From the IMG/VR virus record IMGVR_UViG_3300028738_000014: a DNA stretch of 64,000 bases; one strand, given 5' to 3'. Each line of letters opens with the position of its first letter. Position 1 is the stretch's first letter. Positions 45,428-55,110 of the stretch are shown here, piece after piece. Below the pieces are notes generated by a model. It made no database searches and was not told the DNA's origin. It was given only the letters and a program-made list of their open reading frames with translations. Position numbers and translations under genes: made by a program. Source of the DNA: a virus.

Positions 45428-45501
45428 CATTTTGACATTGCCGGATTAATCGAAAAAGGAGAAGCAATTGACGTTAATACTTTAGAAACAAACCCATACT
45501 T

Positions 45502-45771
45502 ATGAAAACAAAATTATATAGGATAATTGCTGAGGAATATAATATATTTTGGTCTAAAAAATCACAAGAGTGGGTAATGTCAAAGAAATACGAAATTCGT
45601 GCTTCAGATGTATTGTTTCGACATCCTAATCTTGCATGGATTTTAGCAAGGGTGTTTGAGGGTATATTTAGCTACAAAAAAGCTAAACGATTAGGTAATA
45701 GGTTTTGGGAACGAACCAAATGCAAATCAAGCAGACGAATACACAGGAGTAAAGCTCTTTGTCGATTTTAA
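45502..45771 (+). CDS. hypothetical protein
   Basis: ORF. Confidence 0.4.
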   Translation: MKTKLYRIIAEEYNIFWSKKSQEWVMSKKYEIRASDVLFRHPNLAWILARVFEGIFSYKKAKRLGNRFWERTKCKSSRRIHRSKALCRF

Positions 45772-45861
45772 GAATAACAAATGATTATAATTAATTAAAA
45801 GGGAGCAGAAATGTTCCCTTTTCTTATATTTTAAAGGTAATTGAATCAGGTTTATACACGT

Positions 45862-46431
45862 ATGGAAAATACCGAGGTAGTTGTAGAAGAGAAGAGGCTC
45901 ACAGCAAAACAAGAGCTATTTTGTTATGAGTATTGCATTGATTATAACGCTACTAGAGCAGCCATAAAGGCTGGGTATAGTGAAAAGAGTGCAACGTCAG
46001 CGGCTAGTAGGATGTTAACATTTGTCAATATTAAAGCCGAAATAACCCGATTAAAGGCGAATTTATCCGAAACATCCGGTATTTCTGCGCTGCGAGTATT
46101 GAACGAACATGCAAAGATTGCCTTTTCGAGTGCTTCAGATCTTCGTGACGGATGGATAACCCTTAAACAGTTTGATAGCCTATCAGAAGAACAAAAGTCC
46201 TGCATACAAGAGATATCAACTAAAAAAGAGAGTAGAGTTCAAAAACGAATGAATCCCGGAGATGATGATATCGTTGTCGAAGAGGAATGGGTGAAGATTA
46301 AACTCTACGATAAGCAGAAATCACTTGATAGTATCAGTAAAATGCTTGGTTATGATGCCCCACAAAAGATTGAGGTAGGATTATCTGAAGGTTTGGAGCT
46401 TGAAATAGGTTTTAGAACTAAAAAACAATAG
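45862..46431 (+). CDS. terminase small subunit
   Basis: LTAKQELFCYEYCIDYNATRAAIKAGYSEKSA matches the P27-type TerS HTH; track start 45841 is TTG. Confidence 0.6.
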   Translation: MENTEVVVEEKRLTAKQELFCYEYCIDYNATRAAIKAGYSEKSATSAASRMLTFVNIKAEITRLKANLSETSGISALRVLNEHAKIAFSSASDLRDGWITLKQFDSLSEEQKSCIQEISTKKESRVQKRMNPGDDDIVVEEEWVKIKLYDKQKSLDSISKMLGYDAPQKIEVGLSEGLELEIGFRTKKQ

Positions 46432-46531
46432 CATTTTGATAGTAAAATGATAGGTATTTACCAACATTATTAAAAACTCTCTCTGGGAGAATAAAAACAA
46501 ACGAACAAAAATAGCTGAAAATACTGTCATA

Positions 46532-48580
46532 ATGTCAAAACAAAAAATTAAATTCAGCTACAAACTTTTTAATCCAAACTTTTGGCATGTTCTTGACTCA
46601 TTTTTAAATACTGCATTACGTTTTATTTTCCTGGTCGGTGGATCCAGTAGTTCAAAAACATATTCGGTTGTCCAGGCTATTATCTTCTCAGCACTCAAAG
46701 GAAGAGAAGACACAATCATATTCCGTAAGGTAGGAGCTAGTATAGAAAATTCGATCTATAAGGATTTTAAAACAGTAATCAGAGATTGGAACCTGAATCA
46801 TTTATTTGAATTCAAAAGAAATAAGATTGTATGCATTGCTAATGGGTCTGAGATCGATTTTGCGGGACTCGATGATAGTGAAAAGATAAAAGGTATTACC
46901 GGATACAAGCGTGTTGTTCTTGAAGAGGTAAGTGAGTTTGAGCTTTCCGATTGGAAACAGATTAAAAAGCGACTTCGTGGAATGTCTGGCCAACAGATCA
47001 TCGCCCTACTAAATCCTATTTCTGAACTTCACTGGGTGAAAACCGAGGTATTAGATAAAGAGGTTCTACTTAATGCACAAACTTATCTTGATTGCGTGTA
47101 CGATGATCAGGGTAACATTCTGCCTCCGGAGTACTCGCAAGTAAAAGAGAAGTGGTATAACGAAAGCAAAACGGTTTTCAATCCACAAACGGGAGAATAT
47201 GAGACTAACCCACCTGATACGGTTGTCATAAAGTCAACATATTTAAATAACTTTTGGATTGTCAGTTCTCCTGATGGTTTATACGGTTTTTATGACCGGC
47301 AAGTAGTAGCTGATTTCGACAGGGATAAGACGAATGATCCGGATTATTACGAGATATACGCTTTAGGAAATTGGGGATCTATTAAAACAGGTGGTGAGTT
47401 TTGGAAGAAGTTCAATATAGGCAAACATACCGGTAAGACAGTCACGGATTGTGCTCCTGTGCATCTTACGATCGATAATAACGTATTGCCCTATATTTCG
47501 GTTGCAGTGTGGCAAATCGAAGAACATGCAGAATTCGAGGTAACAAAGTATTTAGCTAAACAAATCGGAGAAGTGCCGGCCCGCGATCCTTACAATACCG
47601 TAACCAGTGCTTCAAAACTTACAGCAAAATATCTTAAAGATATCGGTCACACTGATAAGGTTTTTATATACGGCGACCAGACAACAACAGCTAATAATAC
47701 GATTGATGAAGAAAAGCGGTCATTCTTCGATAAGTATTGCCAGGGAATTGAAGAAGCCGGGTTTATAATTGAGAAACGCATGCCCTCTGTTAATCCTTCT
47801 GTAGCGCTATCCGGTGAGTTTGTGAATGAAATCTATGCTGACAACATTCCGACTCTTGAGATCGTGATAGATGAATGTTGTAAGGTATCTGTCAAGGATT
47901 ACATGATTACTAAACAGGATGCAAACGGTGGGATTCTGAAGAAAAGAATTAGAGATAAGCGAACCGGGCAAACTTATGAAGAATCCGGCCACTATTCAGA
48001 CACAAAAAGATACTTCCTATGTGAGGTGTTTAAAGATAAATATACAGACTTTTCACTCAGGCGTAACCGTTCCAATTTTAAAGATGATCAAATGAAGTTT
48101 TATACTGATATCGATTTTAAAGATGCTCTAATTAACGTCCGGATTGTTCCGGATGTGAATGGGGTGTTTAGTTTAGTAGTTTCTAAACTGATCGAAGACC
48201 GGGTTTATATTACTGATGTGATTTTCAATAAGGATGCCGGGGATAGCTTTAATCGGTCTGTTGAACTCATTAAGCAATCAGATCCTGAAGAAGTAACTTT
48301 TGAATCAATCCCAGTATGGTATGAATACGGGCGAAATATCCGAACCGAATGTGATAGTAGTTCAATCAGAATACTTACCGAACCAACGAAGAAAGAAAGT
48401 CGAATACTCGTTATGTCAGGATTTATTAAAAGCAATTTATATTTTAAAAAAGATTACGACTCTGATCCGGAATATACGGCCTTTATTGAGAATTTACTCG
48501 ATAATTACAAAGGAATAAGCATTGAGGCTTCAAATATCCTATCAGGAGTTGCAGAGTATTTTAAAAAACAAATTGAATGA
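46532..48580 (+). CDS. terminase large subunit
   Basis: 682 aa; deviant Walker A LVGGSSSSKT, Walker B-like VVLEE, Asp-rich C-terminal nuclease region. Confidence 0.65.
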   Translation: MSKQKIKFSYKLFNPNFWHVLDSFLNTALRFIFLVGGSSSSKTYSVVQAIIFSALKGREDTIIFRKVGASIENSIYKDFKTVIRDWNLNHLFEFKRNKIVCIANGSEIDFAGLDDSEKIKGITGYKRVVLEEVSEFELSDWKQIKKRLRGMSGQQIIALLNPISELHWVKTEVLDKEVLLNAQTYLDCVYDDQGNILPPEYSQVKEKWYNESKTVFNPQTGEYETNPPDTVVIKSTYLNNFWIVSSPDGLYGFYDRQVVADFDRDKTNDPDYYEIYALGNWGSIKTGGEFWKKFNIGKHTGKTVTDCAPVHLTIDNNVLPYISVAVWQIEEHAEFEVTKYLAKQIGEVPARDPYNTVTSASKLTAKYLKDIGHTDKVFIYGDQTTTANNTIDEEKRSFFDKYCQGIEEAGFIIEKRMPSVNPSVALSGEFVNEIYADNIPTLEIVIDECCKVSVKDYMITKQDANGGILKKRIRDKRTGQTYEESGHYSDTKRYFLCEVFKDKYTDFSLRRNRSNFKDDQMKFYTDIDFKDALINVRIVPDVNGVFSLVVSKLIEDRVYITDVIFNKDAGDSFNRSVELIKQSDPEEVTFESIPVWYEYGRNIRTECDSSSIRILTEPTKKESRILVMSGFIKSNLYFKKDYDSDPEYTAFIENLLDNYKGISIEASNILSGVAEYFKKQIE

Positions 48581-48798
48581 TAACAGGGACTTCACGCGGT
48601 TGGTCAATTGTATTTGAAAATGATTGCTGGCTATGGTCAGATAATAAAGAACCAATAACTATTGAAAGACCATGCAAACGCTGTGGGCGCATACCTACTA
48701 AAGAGGGTTATGATGCATGTATGGGATTTGTTAATGGTGCAACGTCCGCCTGTTGTGGTCATGGAGTAAGTGAAAAAATAATTGTAATGAACGTATGA
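48577..48798 (+). CDS. small Cys-rich protein, CxRCG...ACCGHG family (paralogue 3 of 3)
   Basis: RPCKRCGRIPTKEGYDACMGFVNGATSACCGHGV. Confidence 0.5.
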   Translation: MITGTSRGWSIVFENDCWLWSDNKEPITIERPCKRCGRIPTKEGYDACMGFVNGATSACCGHGVSEKIIVMNV

Positions 48799-48971
48799 TT
48801 CAACTTAAATATATTCGATGTCCTAACTGTAGTCGCGTTAATGGTGCGATGTCAGAAAGCAAAGGAGTTCAGCAATTCATTTGTAAGGATTCCAGGTGCC
48901 GGCATGAATTCTATGTAGTCGATGGAGTGGTTGACAAGTCGTTTGATAAATCATCGGTAAAATTGATTTGA
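48795..48971 (+). CDS. zinc-ribbon small protein (58 aa), not in track
   Basis: CPNC...CKDSRCRHEF; ATGA overlap with previous stop. Confidence 0.35.
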   Translation: MIQLKYIRCPNCSRVNGAMSESKGVQQFICKDSRCRHEFYVVDGVVDKSFDKSSVKLI

Positions 48972-48994
48972 TACTTATATTTTAATTTAAAGTT

Positions 48995-49067
48995 GCCTTT
49001 TTAGCTCAGTTGGTAGAGCGATTGCCTTGTAAGCAATAGGTCGTACGTTCGAATCGTACCGGAGGCT
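48995..49067 (+). tRNA. tRNA-Thr (anticodon UGU)
   Basis: Cloverleaf: D-arm GCTC-AGTTGGTAG-AGCG, anticodon arm ATTGC-CTTGTAA-GCAAT, T-arm GTACG-TTCGAAT-CGTAC; acceptor has two G-U pairs and one mismatch. Confidence 0.65.
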
Positions 49068-49228
49068 CAAAACCAAAAGAAAAGGGGATTTTGAAAGTAG
49101 TTGAAATTTATTGGTATCTGATCAATACCTTTGAATTAATATTATTTTTTGTAAAGCTAACAAAATAGGAATCCCCGCCGAACTACTGCCAACATGCAGA
49201 CGAACTGTAATAAAAGAGCTTTAAACAA

Positions 49229-49262
49229 GCCGAAACGGACTAATTATCTGTTTCGGCTTTTT
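49229..49262 (+). terminator. intrinsic terminator (GAGCTTT-AACA-GCC family)
   Basis: GCCGAAAC...GTTTCGGC then T5. Confidence 0.6.
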
Positions 49263-49272
49263 AATTTATACT

Positions 49273-50700
49273 ATGAGCATAATTAAAGATTTACAACTAA
49301 GTATTGCAAAGAAGTGGATGGGATCTGCCACCATTACCCGCGATAATACGGGTAAGGTAACCGGTGCAACAAATGGGTATAAATCGACCATGTACGATGT
49401 AGACCGGTACCTGGCTGCATTTAATTCTATTTACGCTGCGAAGAACTTTATTACTTTATTTCATAGTATTTCAGAACTTCAATTTCCGGTTGTAGAGATT
49501 GCTAAACGAGTGCTAAAGGCTGAATTCAGGTTGAAATCATATGATACAGATTCAATTATATGGGATAACAAACAGATCAATAAATTTTTGACTCAACCTA
49601 ACGAGTTACAAGGATTCAAGGACTTTATTACTCAGCTGATCATCTATCTTCTTATCGTTGGAGATGCACATATATATTCTGCCGTTCCAAGTACACTTGC
49701 TTCATGGGAGAGATGGAAAGCTTGTGATAACTACTATGTGTTACCTTCTGACTGCATAGAGCCTCAATATCCTTTCGACGTAAAGCTTTTCGCAAATACT
49801 CCGAAAGATCAAATAATAAAATCCTATAAGCTTATTTCAGGAATGGGTAACCGGGACTTCGAACCAAATAACGTACTTCATTTCAAAGAAACAAATCTGC
49901 TGTTTGATCATTGGTACTTAAGGGGTCGTAGTAAGCTCACGGCGCTTGAATATCCTCTTAGTAACTTATGTGCAGTATATGAGGCTCGAAATGTGATTTA
50001 CGTCAAACGTGGGGCTCTTGGTGCGATTGTGAGCAATAAGACCGATAACGCGGGAACTGTTGCTCTGTCCAAAAAAGAAAAGGAAAGTTTACAGAAAAAC
50101 TTTAATGAGAATTACGGTCTTGAAAAAGAAAAAGGGCAATTTGTTTTATCAGATGTTCCTGTGAGTTTCGTCAAGTTTGGTATGTCAATTACCGAGCTCG
50201 AACCTTTCGATGAAACGTTGGCCGATGCCGTTGCCATTGCCGGTGCTTTTGGAATGCCGGCAATATTAATCCCTAGAAAGGATATGAGCACTTACGCGAA
50301 TATGGACACTGCTGAGAAGAGTTTCTACACAAATACGGTAATTCCACTGACTGAAAAGATACTCGAACAAATCAACCGTTTTTTAGGACTCAATCAAGGC
50401 CCGGGAGGAATGTATATCGATGCTGATTTCTCAAAGGTCGAAGTACTTCAGGACAATAAGAAAGATGAAGCCACTACAGATAATCTGAAGACCACTACGG
50501 CACTTTTAAAGTATAACCAAGGACTTATTACATTTAATATGATGTTAGTTCAATGTGGAGAGGAAAAACTCACTACCGGAGGAGACTATTATATCTGGGC
50601 TGATCCGAACATTTCTAAAATTCCCGCAATGAATGTAAATCTTCATAGCGGTACACAACCGAATAATAACTCTCAAAATACAACTCAAAATGCTAATTAA
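49273..50700 (+). CDS. portal protein (candidate)
   Basis: 475 aa, first gene after terminase and tRNA, directly upstream of HK97-type protease. Confidence 0.5.
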   Translation: MSIIKDLQLSIAKKWMGSATITRDNTGKVTGATNGYKSTMYDVDRYLAAFNSIYAAKNFITLFHSISELQFPVVEIAKRVLKAEFRLKSYDTDSIIWDNKQINKFLTQPNELQGFKDFITQLIIYLLIVGDAHIYSAVPSTLASWERWKACDNYYVLPSDCIEPQYPFDVKLFANTPKDQIIKSYKLISGMGNRDFEPNNVLHFKETNLLFDHWYLRGRSKLTALEYPLSNLCAVYEARNVIYVKRGALGAIVSNKTDNAGTVALSKKEKESLQKNFNENYGLEKEKGQFVLSDVPVSFVKFGMSITELEPFDETLADAVAIAGAFGMPAILIPRKDMSTYANMDTAEKSFYTNTVIPLTEKILEQINRFLGLNQGPGGMYIDADFSKVEVLQDNKKDEATTDNLKTTTALLKYNQGLITFNMMLVQCGEEKLTTGGDYYIWADPNISKIPAMNVNLHSGTQPNNNSQNTTQNAN

Positions 50701-51736
50701 GGAACGTAATAAGAAAGGCAATCAGTGGCGAACAAAAGTAGCTAACGTTGATGAAAACGGGGTTGTAGTAATCGCCGTTAACGCATTTGGTAATAAGGAT
50801 TCAGATGGTGATATTTCTATGCCTGGATCATTTACTAAGACGCTTAATGAGAATTTTGATCGTTGTAAATGGTTTTTAAATCACAACAAGGCTCAACTGT
50901 TAGGTGTACCATTGTTCGGAGAAGAGACTCCTGAATATCTTCAAATGACTTCTAAATTTAATATGAAGAAACAGTTGTCGCTTGATATCTATTACGATTA
51001 CCAACTCTATGCAGAAAATAATAAAACACTCGAGCACTCGATCGGGGTTGATATCATGCAACGAAATCCTGCAAATTTAGCCGAGGTAACAGAATATAAG
51101 ATGTGGGAATACTCAACACTTACCAATTGGGGTGCAAACGAAAATACACCTCTTATCTCTCTTAAGGATATGGGAGGGATGTCCGTGGATCAAATGCAGG
51201 AACAACTTGAATTCATAACTAAGTCGATTAAGCTTCCATATTCGGATGAACGCCTTGCTAAGATTGAGAAATCAATCAGTACTCTTACTAAGATCATAAC
51301 CAAAGACCTAACAGACGGTTCTTGTATGGTTTGTTGCCCTACCTGTGGAGAAACATTCGATTACAATGACTGTGATGAATCCACTTTCGAACAACAGGTA
51401 ATGGAGGCTGCCAATCAGTACGCACGTTGGATGATTGACGGTATCGTTTATATCGAAATGCAGAAATTAAAACCTGAATTTCAGGTCCAGGTTGAAGCGA
51501 TCATCAACTCTCAAAAATCACTTTCAAAAGGTCTTACCGAAAAGGAAATGACCACAAAAGGCATTGAGAACTTTACCAATTACGTGCGCTGTAACAAATG
51601 CTATTCACGAGTTTATAAATGCAATGCCATTGAGCCGGCTCCGTCCACTCAGGAAGCATGTGATAATACTCCTATTGAGAAGGCCGGTTTGTCCACCTTC
51701 AGTTTCAAAACACTAGGAGGTTTAATTATCAAATAA
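50690..51736 (+). CDS. HK97-family prohead protease with C-terminal Cys-rich extension
   Basis: NAFGNKDSDGDISMPGSFTKTL resembles the prohead protease D.DGD....GAF motif; C-terminal CCPTCGE...CNKCYS. Confidence 0.55.
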   Translation: MLIKERNKKGNQWRTKVANVDENGVVVIAVNAFGNKDSDGDISMPGSFTKTLNENFDRCKWFLNHNKAQLLGVPLFGEETPEYLQMTSKFNMKKQLSLDIYYDYQLYAENNKTLEHSIGVDIMQRNPANLAEVTEYKMWEYSTLTNWGANENTPLISLKDMGGMSVDQMQEQLEFITKSIKLPYSDERLAKIEKSISTLTKIITKDLTDGSCMVCCPTCGETFDYNDCDESTFEQQVMEAANQYARWMIDGIVYIEMQKLKPEFQVQVEAIINSQKSLSKGLTEKEMTTKGIENFTNYVRCNKCYSRVYKCNAIEPAPSTQEACDNTPIEKAGLSTFSFKTLGGLIIK

Positions 51737-51780
51737 ATTAAATACCGATTTATATTTTAAATCGAAAGAGCTTTTAACAG

Positions 51781-51818
51781 GCCGAAATAAGGATTCAGAT
51801 CTTTATTCCGGCTTTTTA
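51781..51818 (+). terminator. terminator-like hairpin (GAGCTTTTAACAGGCC family)
   Basis: GCCGAAATAAGG...CTTTATTCCGGC then T5. Confidence 0.5.
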
Positions 51819-51843
51819 TTTAACCCATTTATCAAATTAAAAA

Positions 51844-53565
51844 ATGAAAAAGAATTTAAGAAATCAGGACAGTATTGCGGGTATAAAAGCTCGACAATCT
51901 TTTAAGTTGAAAATCTTCGGATTTTCCATTATAGCAATTATTGCTGTAATGTGTTTTGTGATTCATCCGACCGTAACATCCGTTTTGGCTGTTGCTCCTA
52001 TCGCGATGATAGTAGGTGGAAACGTTAAGAAAGATTCTGAAATGAATCAGGAAGAAAAAGATGTAATGGCTACCATTGTTAGTAAAATGAATGAAGCCCT
52101 GGAGCAATTTCAAACTAAAAACAACGATCCTGAAATTCTGACCAAAGCGTTAGAAAGTATTTTAAAGGAGGTTGATGAAGGAAAAATAAATGAAAAGTCC
52201 GGGGAGTTTGCAAAGCGACTGAAAGAAATTAGTACCTGGGGTGATTCTATTAAACAAATGGCTATAAAATTAGAAACTTTAGAAACCAAGGGGCTGAATA
52301 TGGAACCCGGAGAATCTCAGATTCAAAAAGCAGTCAAAGAAGTATTAGACAGCGAAAAGTTCAAAGAATTTGCTTCCGGAAGAACACGTAAAACATCTGG
52401 TAAAATAAAGATTACTACCAAGGCACTGTCTTTAGGCAGTAATTATACCGGTGGTACTACCAATATCAGTATGCAAACTGATCGTGTATCAGAAAATCCA
52501 CAACCTCGTAAGATTGGTGTTCGTGATATTCTGATGACCGAAACGAGTGAAGAACCTTTTTTGACCTATCAACAGATTACCGATTTAGATCGAAATGCGG
52601 CTGCCGTATCTGAAAATGGTGTATTACCTGAAAGTGCATTCAAGGTAACTGAAATCACTGACGGAACACATAGAATTGGTACTATAATGTTTATCAGTAA
52701 ACGAATGTTGAAATCAGTAAAATGGATGCAAAGTTGGTTGTCTAACCGTATCCCTGCAATGATTCGTTTGGCTGAAGATTTTCAAATTCTAAAAGGGGAT
52801 GGAACCGGTGATAATATCAAAGGTATCTGGAAACTGGCTAAGAATGCAAAGGATGTTCTTGGTACTCTGATCACCGGTGCTGCAACTGCTGTATTGCATG
52901 TTACTTCGTACGATGGAGGTACAAAAACCATGATTGAATTCTTGGCTCCTCAGTCAAAAATCAATAACGGATCTTATATCACATTTGCCGGATTTACCAA
53001 TGCTGCTTACAATGCGAAATTTGTTGCTAACAAGGTAAATGATCGTCAAATCGTAATTGATTGCGCTTATACTGCCGAAACCGATGCTCATGCTGCTGCT
53101 GCAACATTTGTTGCTGGTGGTGAATTTGCCGGTACTGTTGTTGCTCCAACTATTGCCGATGCTATCATGGCAGTTCAGGCTTATTTAACATACGGAGAAT
53201 ACACACCTAACAGTGTTTCTATCAATCCGATTGACGTATTCAAATTGCGTATGTTGAAAGATACCCAGGACCGTTATTTGGATATCATTAAATTTATAAA
53301 CGGAGTTTGGTACATAGGTAATTTACCTATCACAGAAACAACTGCCGTTGTGCCGGATGAATTCTGTATGGGAGACTTCCTTATGGGTGCTTCGCTTGTT
53401 GATTTCACCTCTTTGGAGTTGGAATTCGCTGAAGACGTTAGTACCAAACGTGCCAATCAAGTGGCTGTAATCGCTCAGGAAGAAGTTATTTTCCCTGTTT
53501 ATAATCCTTACGCATTCTTAGTAGGAAAATTCTCTGAAGTGATTACATTAATCACAAAAGCGTAG
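51844..53565 (+). CDS. major capsid protein (HK97-fold candidate with N-terminal coiled-coil delta region)
   Basis: 573 aa, position after protease; N-terminal helical segment. Confidence 0.5.
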   Translation: MKKNLRNQDSIAGIKARQSFKLKIFGFSIIAIIAVMCFVIHPTVTSVLAVAPIAMIVGGNVKKDSEMNQEEKDVMATIVSKMNEALEQFQTKNNDPEILTKALESILKEVDEGKINEKSGEFAKRLKEISTWGDSIKQMAIKLETLETKGLNMEPGESQIQKAVKEVLDSEKFKEFASGRTRKTSGKIKITTKALSLGSNYTGGTTNISMQTDRVSENPQPRKIGVRDILMTETSEEPFLTYQQITDLDRNAAAVSENGVLPESAFKVTEITDGTHRIGTIMFISKRMLKSVKWMQSWLSNRIPAMIRLAEDFQILKGDGTGDNIKGIWKLAKNAKDVLGTLITGAATAVLHVTSYDGGTKTMIEFLAPQSKINNGSYITFAGFTNAAYNAKFVANKVNDRQIVIDCAYTAETDAHAAAATFVAGGEFAGTVVAPTIADAIMAVQAYLTYGEYTPNSVSINPIDVFKLRMLKDTQDRYLDIIKFINGVWYIGNLPITETTAVVPDEFCMGDFLMGASLVDFTSLELEFAEDVSTKRANQVAVIAQEEVIFPVYNPYAFLVGKFSEVITLITKA

Positions 53566-53624
53566 TATAATCTAAATAGTAGGTAATCAAATACCGATTA
53601 CCTACTATTTATAAAACTAAAGCA

Positions 53625-53879
53625 ATGAGAACAATAACCATAACCGGAGAAGACCGGCATATTGAGAATGTTGTGAAAGAGAATAGGGGAAGAGTTGATC
53701 GAGGATTCATTACTGTTTCTGAAGGTACTGAAGCGAAAGCATTAATACCGGAAAAGAAAAAAGTAAATAAACCTGCTAAAGCGAAAGCTCCTAAATCTGC
53801 AAAGAAAGAAGTTGTAAAACCGGATACAAAGGTAACTCAAACAACAGATACAAAGAATGTCAATCCTGAAAGTAAATAA
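53625..53879 (+). CDS. lysine-rich small protein
   Basis: ORF. Confidence 0.4.
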   Translation: MRTITITGEDRHIENVVKENRGRVDRGFITVSEGTEAKALIPEKKKVNKPAKAKAPKSAKKEVVKPDTKVTQTTDTKNVNPESK

Positions 53880-54393
53880 TAGTTTTTTCACCGGAGATGA
53901 TCTGAATATACCAAATGTCAGTTCAACTGGTGTAGGAGCATCCGGAGCACTTGCTCAGGCCAATGCAGATAAACTAACTCGATTAATTGAGAAACGTGAA
54001 CCTGAATTCCTGAAAAAAGTACTTGGAAACGACTTATATCTATTATTCAAAATGGGAATGACAGTTGTGGATCCTGCAACTCCTGATCCAAAATGGACAA
54101 CGCTTGCAGGATATCTGGTTGATCCGGTTTTAAAAGTATCTGTTTTTGCAAATTATGTTTGGTGGAACTGGTCCAGGAGTAATGCAAGTTCTACAACCGG
54201 AAACGGCGAAGCAATATCCTCTAAGGAGAATGCAAAATCTGTTTCGCCCATTGATCATCAGGTCGGAGTATGGAATGAAATGGTTTACTCACTTACTGAA
54301 CTTCGTTCTTTCGTTCAGCTTAATTCAGATATCTATCCGGGATATTTACCCGACGAGGATGTTTATACCGATCAAAATACCTTTAATTTCTAA
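53857..54393 (+). CDS. head-tail joining protein candidate
   Basis: Position. Confidence 0.35.
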   Translation: MSILKVNNSFFTGDDLNIPNVSSTGVGASGALAQANADKLTRLIEKREPEFLKKVLGNDLYLLFKMGMTVVDPATPDPKWTTLAGYLVDPVLKVSVFANYVWWNWSRSNASSTTGNGEAISSKENAKSVSPIDHQVGVWNEMVYSLTELRSFVQLNSDIYPGYLPDEDVYTDQNTFNF

Positions 54394-55097
54394 TGAAAAA
54401 GCATTTATACATAGTAGATATGTTCCGTGATGTGGTTCAAAAAGTAAATGAAGCCCTTGCTGGAGAATTTACGGACTGGAAAAACATTAATTCACTTCCT
54501 AAAAAGGATGGGATGTATCGTGTAAGCTATACAGATAAGGGGTATAAGATAATTGAGGGTCTTCAAATAAAAGACGGTGATATCATTGAATTTAAAGACG
54601 GGTATTGTCACTTGGCGAATGTGGTTAATTACAACTACGGGCATCCTATCGAGATCGCCAATACATTAATCGAACTGTCAAAGGCTACAATTACTCAAGA
54701 TAAGAGATTTCCGTTATTAGCCCTGATTACTGACTTTTCAGAGAAAAAAGATTCACCCGATTACTATTGTTCTGCTTCACTATATTTCTTGATTGCAAAT
54801 CTAACTGATCCGAATTTAAAGGCCGATGAACGAACTGAGGTAAATTTTAGACCGGTTCTTCACCCAATTTATGAGGAATTTATAAGGCAGATACAGCGAT
54901 CAAAACATTTCATGATCCAGTATGACCAGAACATACCTCATACGCAAACAGATCGCTATTATTGGGGTCGTACAGGCACATTCGATAATACGATGTGGGG
55001 TAAATCAGGATTGTATGCAGGTGAGGGAAATATCTTAAATGATAAAGTAGATGTGATTGAGATATCGGGTTTAGAAATCAAAGTAAAAAACATTTAA
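54393..55097 (+). CDS. head-tail joining/tail completion candidate
   Basis: Position. Confidence 0.35.
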   Translation: MKKHLYIVDMFRDVVQKVNEALAGEFTDWKNINSLPKKDGMYRVSYTDKGYKIIEGLQIKDGDIIEFKDGYCHLANVVNYNYGHPIEIANTLIELSKATITQDKRFPLLALITDFSEKKDSPDYYCSASLYFLIANLTDPNLKADERTEVNFRPVLHPIYEEFIRQIQRSKHFMIQYDQNIPHTQTDRYYWGRTGTFDNTMWGKSGLYAGEGNILNDKVDVIEISGLEIKVKNI

Positions 55098-55110
55098 TAA
55101 AATAAGTAAA

